A stretch of 64,000 nt of DNA, from the NCBI GenBank assembly GCA_002189035.1, contig NEEC01000019.1, forward strand, positions 496,001-560,000. The letters run 5' to 3'. This DNA comes from Utricularia gibba (taxonomy: Eukaryota; Plantae; Magnoliophyta). Position 1 is the stretch's first letter, and every line of letters starts with the position of its first letter. Under the pieces are notes generated by a model. The model made no database searches. It was not told where the DNA came from and saw only the letters and a program-made list of their open reading frames with translations. The position numbers and the translations under genes were made by a program. This document shows, piece after piece, positions 1 through 12,138 of this stretch.

Positions 1-7
1 TTTTTTT

Positions 8-684
8 TGTAAAGTAGGCCTCTATGAAAAATAAATTAGTAAAATAGTTCCATTTTGTAATTTTTATTAAAAAAATCATCTTTTATGTATTAATTTGTCA
101 AATAACTTTACTTTTTACTTCTTTGCACCTTGGTAGCACCCAAATATCTAATCTCTTTGAACATGTTACTTATGCATATGCTAAAGGTATAGTAGGATGG
201 GAGGTTGCTATGAAAGAGGAATTGGATGCACAAGACAAAAATGGTACCTGGATCCTCACTACTCTCCCTCCTGGAAACACATGTGATAGGTTCAAAATGA
301 GAGTTTAAGATTTAGTTGAAGGCTGATAGCTCTTTGGAGTGCCGCAAGGTCCGTCTAATGGCTAAGTGATATAGACGGATTGAGGGGGTTGATTTTTCTG
401 ATCTATTTGCTCTAGTGGCAAAGCTTGTCACAATCCGATTGACATTGACAATGGCTACACAATTGAACCATCAATATCAATAATGCATTTCTACATGGCC
501 ACTTAGATGAGAAAATTTACATGGCATTGCCTGAGGGATACAAAGTTGGCTTCAATTTGGTATGTTTTCTGCAATGTAAAGTAGGCCTCTATGAAAAATC
601 AATTAGTAAAATAGTTCCATTTTGTAATTTTTAGCAAACAATCATCTTTTATGCATTAATTTTTCAAATAACTTTACTTTTTAT
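8..684. repeat. ~110-bp direct repeat pair (8-118 and 575-684) flanking the Copia RT fragment
   Basis: tgtaaagtaggcctctatgaaaaa...aaatagttccattttgtaattttta...aataactttactttta occurs twice, 567 bp apart, about 90% identical by eye. Confidence 0.85.
123..570 (+). mobile_element. Ty1/Copia reverse transcriptase fragment, degenerate
   Basis: Translation WEVAMKEELDAQDKNGTWILTTLPPG, followed by a stop-ridden stretch resembling the Copia RT N-terminal motifs (KARLVAKG-like cgtctaatggctaagtga; gttgatttttctgatctatttgct; ..NAFLHG.L.E.IYM.LPEG at ~481-540). Confidence 0.8.
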
Positions 685-1001
685 TTATATTATATAATAT
701 AACATTCTGCATAACAAAAAAATTAATTAGATTCACAATATTATACAAGAGTATCCCGCATCGGTGCAATCTCCATCTTTGTATTGTATTTGTGGTTACT
801 TGGCAGAAAAGAATTGATAATGAAATCAAAAGAGATATTGATAATGAATTTGTTCAATAAAAAATGAAAAAGGCACAAAGGATCACAACAGAAAAGTATA
901 ATAATGAGTAAAAGAAGGGAAAATTGATGAAGTCTTCGATTGTTTTGGAGCGTCTCATATTCCATTACAACCACACACTTTATTACTCCTCCTGACTCTT
1001 T

Positions 1002-2927
1002 TCAACAGTTGTCGGCGTCGGTGTCGTCTGGAGAGGCTTCCGCTTCTGTTAATGTCGGATTCTTGTAGGTGTAGGTGGAGGCGACGATGGCAAAAACGAT
1101 GAGATTCACAGAGCTTAAAACAGCTAGCACCCAGAAGTAGAGGTCCAAGCGGCTTCTGTTCAATGTGTATTGAAACCAGCTATTCTTTCTACCGAACTTT
1201 TTGCTAACTTCGCTTGCAACGTACACAGCAAGCACACTGAACATGAATCCCAGACCAGACACAAACTTGGCGAAGTATTCCAAGTAGTTGATCATGGAGT
1301 TTGGGGATTGATGACGATAGAACGCAGAAATGCTGCTTTCCAGGAATGAATCAAGCCCTGCAAGGAGAATGAACTGGAAAGACAGCCAGAATATGGTCAT
1401 GGGAATGGTTTTATCGGGCTGATCCCGCAGATGGTGTCTTCTGATAGCATTCAGTCTCATTTTCTCGATTCCAGCTGCGGCTATACAACATAAAATGCTG
1501 AAGATCATGGCGATTGCAATTCCGACGGATGATGCATATGCTTTCTTCTTGGATGAATCCTTAACGGAGAACTCAGCTTTTTCACTGGATGAAGCATCAT
1601 CCATTTCGGACCCGTTCAAGTAATTTTGTGCGACACCGCTGAAGAAAGCTTTTGAAGATTTGAAGATCAATAGAAAGATATGCTGCGGCACCCTTAGCTT
1701 TCCTACCTTATGATCCATGTTCTTCGCTTGCTCCAGGAAATAAGTATTCCCAGTTGAAGATACAATTCCGCAGACAATGAATGTGAGCCACATTGGGATC
1801 ATTCGAACCGCAATCTTGGCTTCCTCAACCTCTGAGACTGAGCATTGTTTCCATTCGTTGGCCTCTGGTGATTTAATGGCAGCCTTTTCCAGGCATCTGA
1901 GTTGAAGAAGAAACAATGTCATAAGCTCGTCTGGTACTTGAAAAATGGTCACCAAAGAAAGCACAACAAGGAAAGCAACAAGAAACAGAGAAATCGGCAC
2001 TACAGACCTGAGGCAACGAGTACTAGTGAACGTCTGAGAGCTGGTAGCATCGTGCCCAGTATAAAGATCAGCATCGAGCGGAAAGGGCTTGCAGATATTG
2101 CAGATGGAGGCGATAAAAACTTTGATGATGCTCATGATGGGGCTGCCATTGAGGGAAGCCTTGTAGTATGTACAGCAGCCTGTTAAAAAGAGAATGGTAG
2201 CCAGAAGGGTAAAGATTGCAGGAATACCGAACCTGAGAGACCATGGTTTTATGTATGGAATCCCAATGCCTCCGGCTAACGCAATGATCACTACCAGAGT
2301 GTATAGAATCAGTTTCGAAAGCTTTTTCTCAGTGCTTCTTTCTGGCGGCTCCCCGTTATTTTGTTCGGTTAGAAATGGCTGTACCGCGACCATATTTCCA
2401 GCCATTCCGATGGCCACGAATACCAATCCTGAGTAGAATAGAGATTTTTGGGTGTGCCCAATGCATTGTGGCCCGAAACGATTGCATGTTTTCGTAGCTC
2501 CGGCAAGGATCGCCGGTGTCGACAGAGCAATAAATCCAATTCCCTGTAAAAAAATGCAGAAAAAACAGCTGAAAAAGAGGGGAATAATTGGAAAGCTGAA
2601 GAATAAGAACTCACAAGGCTGTAAGCTACGCTAGATATCACAAGCGCCCCAAAGTTCCCGAGAACAATATCAATGAAAAAGAGGAAGAAAACCGGCAACA
2701 CTTTGGAAATTCCCCCCAGAAGTTGACGATAGCAGCGGAGCGTGTGAAGCTTAGCTTCCAAACATCAGTCAAGTAGTCCTGCAACACGAACAGAGCGAAC
2801 TCCACGAATATGTCTGCCCAAAGAAGAGCTGCAAGGAAAAGAAAGCAAAGTAAATGAGCCGAAGTTGGGAGCAAGGCAGCGATTGCGAATCTGTGGGATT
2901 ACCAGAAATCCGAACGAAGCCCTTCAT
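1002..2927 (-). CDS. NRT1/PTR family (NPF) transporter, NPF5-like; one-base frameshift in exon 2 as assembled
   Basis: Exons 2927-2903, 2828-2615, 2543-2008 and 1896-1002, all GT-AG (introns 74, 71, 111 nt). The sum is 1670 nt; one extra G in the G6 run at 2712-2717 gives 1671 nt (556 aa): MKGFVRISALLWADIF...YLTDVWKLSFTRSAAIVNFWGGISKVLP...CSVSEVEEAK...RMIPMW...DLYFWVLAVLSSVN. The subfamily assignment is from recalled motifs. Confidence 0.9.
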
Positions 2928-4540
2928 TCCAGCAAAGCTCTAAGCTCCTCTTCCGCCCCAAAAACCGAAGACTGGACTGGAAAAGTGATTGACTTGGATG
3001 TGGACCCAGAGCCATTCCTCCTCGTCTAGAATTCATCCTTGGTGATGGAGAGATGAGCAAATGGTTAAGAATATCACTGTTCATAGTTTTGATTGTGTCG
3101 AACCTTTGAATTTTTTTTTATATATATATAATTGAGGTTAATATTTAGAAATGATTGCACATATTCTTATTTAATAAACAAAAACTTGAGCGAAATACTC
3201 ATAATTTACACCATAGGAGCACGAACTGCAAGCAAACTCAATATAAATCTTATTTCTCGTCTTTTTTTTAATTTTCCAAACAGAAGAAATTTGGAAAATT
3301 GTAACATATCTTATATTCGTTAAAATCTCAATATCTTCTTTATTTTTGTAGTTTACGAGATAACTCATGATAACAAATTCATTATATAAAACTCTGAAAA
3401 GTTTAAAAGTAAAATACCCATCAATTTTCTTCATTTTTTAAAGTTTGATATTTTATAGTAAATTTGTATTTAAATGGGTATTTACAATTTTTAGTATTTT
3501 TATTAAAATTCTCTAACTCATTATAATGCAGTTTTTTGTTAACTTATTCACAAAGAGAAAAAAAAATTCATTTAACTTATTGGGTTAATATTTCATGCCT
3601 TTAATAAAAACAATACTCTTAAAAATTCTGTAAATATTTGATTATAATTTAGAGTTTAAAATTTGAATTTTACATTAAGCATCAATTGAAATTTTTTAAA
3701 ATCATTTACAATATAAAAAAAATGAAATTTAAAGATCATTAGATCAAATTGATGAATAAATAAATGATAAAAATAATGGCAATTTCAAGATTTTTTTAAA
3801 AAAATATACAAAATGTTAAGATAATAAGTTCAACTACAAAAAAAATAGTCCCAATTCAAATAAAATTTAAGTATGTAAAAATATGGTTTTGTATTTTTTT
3901 ACTATTTTATTCTTTGAAATTACATTTTTGACTAATATTAAAGTATATTAATTATAACTTAAAATTATAGATATAATTCTAATAAAAAAATACAAATATA
4001 TATAAAAAATTCTTAATTAAATATACATTGCAAAGCACCAATACATATGTTTTATTATTTGGACGTATTGCATACGCACCCGCGATAGATGATTGTGTCC
4101 TGATATGCCCGATTGTGGATTGAAATTGGAGTTGTGGATCGATCAGATTGTTTGGATATGAGTCCGAGTTATATAAGCGATTTTTGAGTTTTGATCTCAT
4201 TTTCGGTAATTGCATAAAGCGATGAAGAAGATTAAGGATTTTAACATGAAAATCATTGGAACGAAAAAGCTGTGAACTAAAAAGGCTCACCGAAGAAATA
4301 ATTTCACCAAGGGATGTAAGGAAGAGGATACAAGTAGTGTGTAAAATGTAGAATGCTTTGTCCCTCAAACTTTCTGTTATTTATAGGAAAAGCTTTCCCG
4401 ATTGATTTATGTGTATGTAAGCTATTTTCAGCATTTGGCAGTTATGTCTGCCGCATAGGTGGTCCTGTTGACGTATAATTGTCGTCTACCTTGAGGGTCT
4501 TGCTAGTCAGTTGCTTTTCAAATTATGTTGCAATGGTTGA

Positions 4541-5968
4541 TGATGAACGAAAATTTTCTAATATCGTTGCAAAAATAGAAAATTCGTTATCAAATAAATT
4601 TATAATCTCTAATCTATACAAAATATAAATTTAGAAAACTTGTATAAGAGATATCTGGGTTGATCACAAAGAGCTTGTGCTTGCTAAGTGTTTTAGTACA
4701 TGCATGATTTCGGATAACAGTAGATCTTAGTCTAAGCTCGGACTAACAGTAGTAAACAAGTTCAGTAAACAAGGTAGGTAAGCAATATCAAGTTTCAACA
4801 CTAAAGTGACAGATACTGATTCTAACTTAGAATAATACGAGGACGCCTTAAGGATCTGTAGGTGGTGTTATGCTAAAGTTCCTAACTTAATTTACCATCT
4901 TCCTACACTCACAAATTCAAATATCCTATGTCTACCCAAATCATTCATCATATTTTCGGCTAAGCTAGTCCCCAATATCATAACCAACATTGCAATTAGG
5001 TCTACCCGCATGAAAAACATATAGAATTAGGTCTACCCGATTCTACTGGTTCTACCCTGAACTAACACTGATTGCTCCCGTCTTGGTTTATTAGTCTACT
5101 TCTAAACTAAACATCTAAGTTGTGAAACTACATGTTTCCCTCCTTAGGTCTACCCATGGTTTGTTAGAAACAACAGTTAAGGAATACACATAAATTTCAT
5201 CATCAAACCTAAGCGCACACCATCCCACTTCACCTTAAGGCATCCTTAAGACTCTAGCCACTCATACTTGAAAAATAAAACACGATTTCATTCATATAAG
5301 CTGGCGAAAATAACAGAAACATTGTAAACAGGTCAAATGCAAAAACTCAAAATGTTCAGAAAACGGAAAGCAAATAAAGATTGTTCTGTCATCCGGTTGC
5401 TACTGTTCACATCCTGGAACAGTAGCGCTAGACTGGACTCCAGTGCTGCTCTTGACGATGAAGGCTTTCTTCCCCCTTCTAGTTGGTGTTTTTCGCGTTG
5501 GGGAAGAAGCTCCCTTGCGTGCATTCTGCCTCGCTGTTACTGTCTCCCCCCTCGGCTATTCCCGGTCTCTCTCATTTTCGAAATAAATTTCCCCTTTCCT
5601 TCACTCCATTGCACTGTTCCTGACCGCCAGTACTATTCCCAACCGCCAGCACTGTTCCTGGCCTAAACTTGTAGACTGCAGGTGGTGGCAGAACAGTGAT
5701 CTTTGTCCTTCTCCGGATTTTGCGCCCTTTTTCACTTGTTCCACACGTTTGCAAGTCTGATTTTCTGCTGATCTCCTTGTTGAACTTACTGAAATATTAG
5801 TAACAAAAGTTATGGACTAAATCAAAGGATTTAGTCCACTTTTTAACATAATCACATAAGATTAACATAAACACCACTTAAAGATGAAAAATCACATTTA
5901 TCAAGCCTATACCATAATAAAATATAACCATTTTGTATTATGAAATTCAGGAAAAATATGTGTCATCA
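4541..5968 (-). mobile_element. Athila-type (Ty3) solo LTR, family A, 1428 bp
   Basis: Termini TGATGACACA...CGTTCATCA on the - strand, with a perfect 5-bp TSD GTTGA (4536-4540 and 5969-5973). Homologous to the LTR that abuts the PBS and gag at 59745. Confidence 0.92.
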
Positions 5969-7522
5969 GTTGAGGTCTGACATTGTCCCATTCCAATTTA
6001 TGTAGGCCTATGTCCGCATATTGAGAGTTAGAATCCGACTCTTGTCCTTAACCAATATGGTTATACTCATCAATTAGGTATTCTCTTTCTACAACCGATT
6101 TACGCTCCATCTTATGTTCCGCTCTGATTCCCGATTTGAGGATGATGGTAACCACTTATTTGTATTTCGTATTGCACATTTTTCTTTATCCGGATAGTGC
6201 ATAAGCTTTCTTACTCTTTCCCTCATGTTCTATGCATCAATTTCTGACTCCATCACATCCATATTATTAAAAACTTTAAAAATATTAAATTATTTATATC
6301 GTTTCTTGACTTTACCGATCACCATCTATGGTTTGGTTTTACCTCTTAATTATTGAATTGCTACTCTATTTTCCAATAATACTTTTTGGATTATTAAATG
6401 ATAGTAAATGTAGAACTATTTGATGTCATTATTAGTACAATGTTTACTTAGGTCTTTCATTTCATTTTATAATGTATTTGACAATTTTAAGATTATCTTT
6501 TCATTAAATATGTTTTATCTAATTTATTAGTGATTGATTTTTAATAAGATTTAATATTTTATATTAATAAAATAGTAAAAATAATAAATTTTAAATAAAC
6601 ATATGTTAACCATATATTAATATGATATTTTAAATTTATCGTATTCATATATATATATATTATGCATTCATACGTGTGCTTTGCAGAATATAAAAATATA
6701 AAAAATAATGTATACTATTATTGTACATTTTTTATAATCATTATTTGTAAAGTAACTTTGTTTAGTGCTTAGTTTTGTAAAAATATGATGTAGGTTTAAC
6801 TTGACAACAATGATGGTGAATAATCTAGTTAAAGATGCAATAAAAATATTAGAATGATTACTTTAGGAGTAAAAAGAAGTATAACAATAAAGGGTGGGAG
6901 CAAATATAAGCGAGAATATAATATGTAAATAATACACAAAAATTATATAAGATAAAATTTTTGATAAATATAATTGAAGCAATTATACAAGTAGTTTACA
7001 AATTGCATTTGTATGAAAAATCATGTGTATTAAACAGACCATATTCTCAAAACATAGTCCAAGAAGTTCCAAATTCCTTCTCATGCTTATTTTAATGATT
7101 GAATCAAGTGAAATTTGAACAGTACTGTAAGTTTTATTATTATCGTCATTCAAGCTCACGTGGATCTTTGCAACTTTTTCAATTATATGTCCGGGGAACA
7201 GGACTAAGCGCACTTCCTCAAGTTCCTCTGTTCGTTCCAATCCTGAGATGATCTCCAGAAACGACATAACGGAAGCCCTTTACTGTAGATTCGCATTTCA
7301 CTTGGGAAAAGGAGAATGTGAAGACTATGGTGTGTCGAGACTCAACTGGTTTCTTCTTCCACATGTAAAGCTTAAAAACAGATTCAAGATCGAACCTTTT
7401 TTGTTATGTGTTCGGGGATTGAAGCTATTTTAACCTGAACACAGTGTGAAGATTGAAGCTTTCTTGAATTGAAACACTGCAATTTCAAGTTACAGAGGAA
7501 AACGGATATTACTTTCTTGAAA

Positions 7523-8926
7523 CTAAACCAGAGTAACACCAGAATGGTATGAGGTTTGCCAAATCTCGATTCCTTCAGCAGCTTCTCGAGTCAGAAAAAG
7601 CCTGTCTCCAGCACCCTGTATTTTCTTGATCATTCCACGTTCAGAATCCTCTACCTTATCCATGTAATTCCTTCTGTACATCTCTTCTCTGGACAACACC
7701 CCACCAAATTCATGACCTTCAACTCTGGACCAGACCTCAAGTTCTCTATTTCTTCCCACGAAAACTTGCTTCCTGTAACCGTTGATTACCATATTCCCAC
7801 CATCAATGCTTCCAGCCTTGGACATGCTCGGGTTTTTTTCTGTCAGATAAATCCAAGGATCATCACTCAGCTTGCGTACATCCGCCATGGCTAAATCACC
7901 TGACTTTGAGCAAATCTTGAACAATAAACACTGATCCAAATCAACGTCAATATCAGCGAATGAGTCCCCAAAACGGCTGCTTCGGCCGGATCCTGGCTCG
8001 TTCGTCTCCCAGACTACTTTGCCGGATCTCACGTCCCACAGCCGTATATAGCCGGAAAAACCAAATGCGCCAGCGGAAATGGAGCTTCCGATCAAAATCC
8101 CCAATTCAGATGAGTATGCAAGCTTTGAAGGGACCATACTTTTCGAAGAATTCCCCAACATTCTCCCGATTTCCGACGACACCCCCATAGTCGATTTGTC
8201 GATTGTCAGGATGCAATTCTCGCCGTGTTGACAATCGTAGGAGGCGAAAATGGAATTCTCCCAGTGAGCAATCGCGTGGACTCGCGCCTTGTATATCCTC
8301 ACGTCTTTTGGGTCAACCCATTCTGTTGAGTGGATACGCCGGCCGTTGGCCGTGTCATACAAATGCAAGCCGGGAGCGAACAAGGACCCGACTGCAACTA
8401 CCGTGGGTCTGATTCTCTTCACGGAGCTGATGAAATCCAAGTGCGTCCTCACCGTCCCCGTGCGGTCGAGATTCCCATCGTACAACGAAATCTGGCCGCC
8501 ATGTGCCAACGCCACCGAACCATCGACATCGTCGGCGTCGAAATCGGACACAATGCCATCCGAGGAAGCACTGACGGTGGTCAACAACGACGCGTCAACA
8601 CCGTTAAGCCGACTGGGAGCAAGCGCTGATCGGAGGAGGCAATCGATGCCGAAATACACGGCCTCGTCAACCAGCTCCTGCTCAGAGAAGCGTTTCGCCG
8701 CGGACGGAAGGCGACTGGATCGCAGAAGCGAGAGGAGAACAGAGAATATCTCCGGGTCACGATCGATGAACACTGGGTCCTTAGCACCACGCCTCGAGAG
8801 GGCCTGCAGTAGGGAGTCCCGTCCCCCGGAGCACAGAGTGGAGACAGATGTCTCAAAGAGCTTACCGCCGACGTTGAATTTGACGCGATCGCCTCCGGCG
8901 ACTCCACTGGGATTAGCATCCCCCAT
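7523..8926 (-). CDS. BTB/POZ-domain protein, At3g09030 (EAP3)-like, intronless, 467 aa
   Basis: KCTD-type BTB motif RVKFNVGGKLFET...VFIDRDPEIFSVLLSLLR, then AHGGQISLYD, GYIRLWDVRSG.VVWETNEPGSGRSSRFGD, FKICSKSGDL and GDRLFLTRE. The first ATG is at 8926; the ORF track starts at an upstream TTG. Confidence 0.93.
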   Translation of the reverse strand: MGDANPSGVAGGDRVKFNVGGKLFETSVSTLCSGGRDSLLQALSRRGAKDPVFIDRDPEIFSVLLSLLRSSRLPSAAKRFSEQELVDEAVYFGIDCLLRSALAPSRLNGVDASLLTTVSASSDGIVSDFDADDVDGSVALAHGGQISLYDGNLDRTGTVRTHLDFISSVKRIRPTVVAVGSLFAPGLHLYDTANGRRIHSTEWVDPKDVRIYKARVHAIAHWENSIFASYDCQHGENCILTIDKSTMGVSSEIGRMLGNSSKSMVPSKLAYSSELGILIGSSISAGAFGFSGYIRLWDVRSGKVVWETNEPGSGRSSRFGDSFADIDVDLDQCLLFKICSKSGDLAMADVRKLSDDPWIYLTEKNPSMSKAGSIDGGNMVINGYRKQVFVGRNRELEVWSRVEGHEFGGVLSREEMYRRNYMDKVEDSERGMIKKIQGAGDRLFLTREAAEGIEIWQTSYHSGVTLV

Positions 8927-11900
8927 TGGGACAAGCGGATCCGGGTCCGGATTCTTCAAGCAGCAACACCATCAATTGGAAAAAAAAAATGACCCAATAC
9001 CAATATTTGATAGTGACGGCCCATGCCCAAGTCCTTTAACAGTAAAAATGGGCCATCGCAGGCCCAATACCAATAGCCAGCTCAGCTTACTTTTTTTTTG
9101 CTATTTTCAAACCATTCAATTATAATATTTAATTAAAACCCAAAATTGAATTTTGAAGACTTAAATTTGAATTGAAACTAAAAACAAATTTTGATTGTAT
9201 TTTACACTATGTTTGGTTGTAGTGTCGACAACAGCTATTTTTGAAAAGTAGCCATTTTAGTTTTTCTCTCACGTATTATGACAATGCGCACTTATAATTC
9301 TTGAAAATTTTTATTATTTTTTGACAATAGCCATCATATACGCATTTATGATGTTATAAATTGTTTATTATCTTTAACTACGTGTTCATTTATTAAGTGA
9401 TAATAAGTAATAATAATTATTTCCATAAACAAAACATCTGTATTAATTACAAGAGAGTGTATTTCCTACTTGGGTGAAAATAATCATGTTAATCCCGATT
9501 TATTGAAACCAGAACACAAAACTCGTGTGTTTATGTGGAATTGGTTGGGAGTGGTTAAGGACTTTTGGTTTGTCGGCCACGTTGGGACTTTGTGGAGTGA
9601 GGATCGTGCAAAATCATCCTCTGTCCCCTAAACAACACAACAACACGATCAAAAGAAATACCAAACCTTACTCCTTTGTTGCATTCATATACGAAACTTG
9701 TACACAATGCTCCTCCAGCCCCCTTGACCTTAAATGCAAACACAAACTCATGAACTTATTTTGGGTACCGGGTTCGGATCCGGGTGGGTCCGAAGCGGAT
9801 GAGTACCCGGAGGGGTGGGGCAGGGCACCGGCACCAGCACCACTTTGAGAGACGATGATTGTTATGGAACTGGGAAGTGACAGTTTGGAAGTGGCACTGG
9901 GGATGCACGGGGGATTTGACGTTTTCCTACCCCACTTTTCCAGCTGCTGCGATGCGATACAGCTTGCTCCTTTTCCTCATCATTCTTCTTCTTTATTTTC
10001 CAACCCTCCGCTTCTGCTCATAATTCATATTAAATAGAAAATATAATCAGCATTTCACATTTACTATATTCATGGAGATACGTGTTAATATCATGTGTAA
10101 GAGCTCGTTTGCTAGTAGGGTATTAGTATGTTTAAGTATAATGTAATTGAATATGTATAAATTAAATAACTTTCATCATATTCATATCTTTCTATGCTAT
10201 ACACATATCTTTATTAAAATATTTTTCATTGTATTTAAATAAGGGAACCAAACACATCCACAATATATCAAACTTCAACAAATTGAATTAAAAAACTGGT
10301 CATCGTGTAACTAGAAAATTCACATTAAATCATACTAAAAATGATTATATTTACCTACCCAATTATGCCACCTTTTATATTTAAATAGGATTAAATATTT
10401 TTTAATTCCATCCATAATTAATTAGTTGAAAATCCCATTAAAAGACGTGACCTGTCATACATTACCGTACCGAGACAAGGAATCATGGAGCATCACAGGA
10501 GACCGAATTTAAGACGGAGAGGATACCCTACGGTAGCTTGGGATGTAAATTAAGTGTTATCTGTATTAATTTATGTTAAATTAATAATTGAACCATAAAA
10601 AAGTCCCTATGCAAAATTACAAAGAGCGTGCTTGGTTTTCGAATTTAGATGAGATATATATTTTTCCATCAATTTCAATCATTTAATCTATTCACGATGA
10701 TATATATACACATATTTTAATATCCCATCAAGCACATCTTAATTTGTTATGTACATATTACTACAAACAATGATGGTTAATGGAAAACATATATATTTTG
10801 AAATAGTAGATTTTCACTTTTAAAAATTCACATGGATTAATCAATTATACTTGGGGAAAAAAACTGTGTATAAAAATAAAATAATCAATTATATATATAT
10901 ATATATAATTGATTTGCCTATAGAATTAGAATATACATATTTTAGTTTCTTTGGTATGAAGTAAATAGATCAACTTCTGATATGATATTCAATTAATTAG
11001 TAAAAATCTGAGATTAATTAAAAAAGAATGTAGATTTACATAACCTTATCTTTATTAGCTAACCAGTGTTTGATTTAATTGCGGTTCAACCGTTTTGAAC
11101 TGTGAATCGATCAACTTAATAGTTTGATTAAATTTGAGTGGTTTTAAAATATAAAATATGAATCACAATAGAATGATGATTTAATCACAATTCTATTATA
11201 GTTCAACCAACATTGAATCATAATTTGATGTTTCTTATAATAAAAATATATATTTTTAACAACGAACACATTTTAAATTTTTGGAGTAAAAATGATATTA
11301 TTAAAAATCATAATCTACCATGACGGAATTTACTAGTACACAGACAGACATTGTGAATTTTATTGCAACAAGACAGTTACATGTGTGACAAAATTGGACA
11401 CGTTTAATATAAATTTTTTAAATTAATGCGAGAAAGAATATAGGTTTGATTATTTATATAAATGAGTTGTATAAATTAAATTAATGAATATGGAATGTGA
11501 ATGTATGTATGAGGAGAGGGAGTGGCATGCAATTGCATTCACATGGAGCAAGCACCCCTTTTATTGGGAGAGGACAGAGGACTCGCATACTGCGACGCTA
11601 CACACTTCTCCACAAGACAAGTTAGTTAATGCGACTGCAAATATCCACCGGCTTTAAATTCCTGCAGAAAGATCCTCTTTTTTGCTCTGCCCCTCCCCCT
11701 CCCTCCTCTGTAGCTCCCTCCCCCCTTTCTCCAATTCCACCTATTGTTATCTGCTTTTCAGACCTTGCCACGCCGTCTTCTTCCTTTCCCGCATTTACTT
11801 TTGCTAAAGCGGCTACCCGATTCATTTCATTTGATGCTGCTGCTTCTTCTTCACACTTCTTTTCATATTTAACTGCGCTGGCTACTGCTTTATTGTAGGG

Positions 11901-12138
11901 CAATCATTGATTACAATTTCGATCTGCCTCCTTTAATTCCTGTTTTTTAAGTTTCGTCTTTGTGCATCTTCTGTGTATATTCATTGAGAGGCTTGAGCGT
12001 CGTCTGTATACAGAGTCCTTGGTTGTTTGCTGTCAGATTTTGGATCTGGGTGTGTTTGTATTGGCCTTGGAATCACAAGTGTTTATTGGTTTGTCTCACT
12101 GACTGTCGCTCTTTTTTCTTTTTGAAGATCTGGTAACG

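Noticed and set aside
7451-7471. miR396-like sequence agctttcttgaattg downstream of the BTB gene
   Set aside because: It matches only miRNA positions ~7-21; the 5' seed region does not pair and no precursor hairpin is evident.
8289-9125. 278-aa + strand ORF and other ORFs overlapping the BTB gene
   Set aside because: Antisense shadow of a GC-rich, intronless CDS; no recognisable motifs.
9922-9943. miR482/472-like ttttcctaccccacttttcc
   Set aside because: It lacks the CCCAU core that targets NBS-LRR P-loops, and the intervening stem pairs poorly. Kept only as part of the unexplained island.
10100-11260. Several AT-rich MITE-like segments (GTTTG/CAAAC ends; similar ones near 20180-20400, 38000 and 48100)
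   Set aside because: TIRs and TSDs could not be fixed by eye, so they are not reported as features.
11629-11898. 89-aa ORF upstream of LAX as a possible uORF
   Set aside because: Its ATG lies upstream of the likely TATA-like element (~11654), and the low-complexity Ser/Pro content reflects a CT-rich leader.
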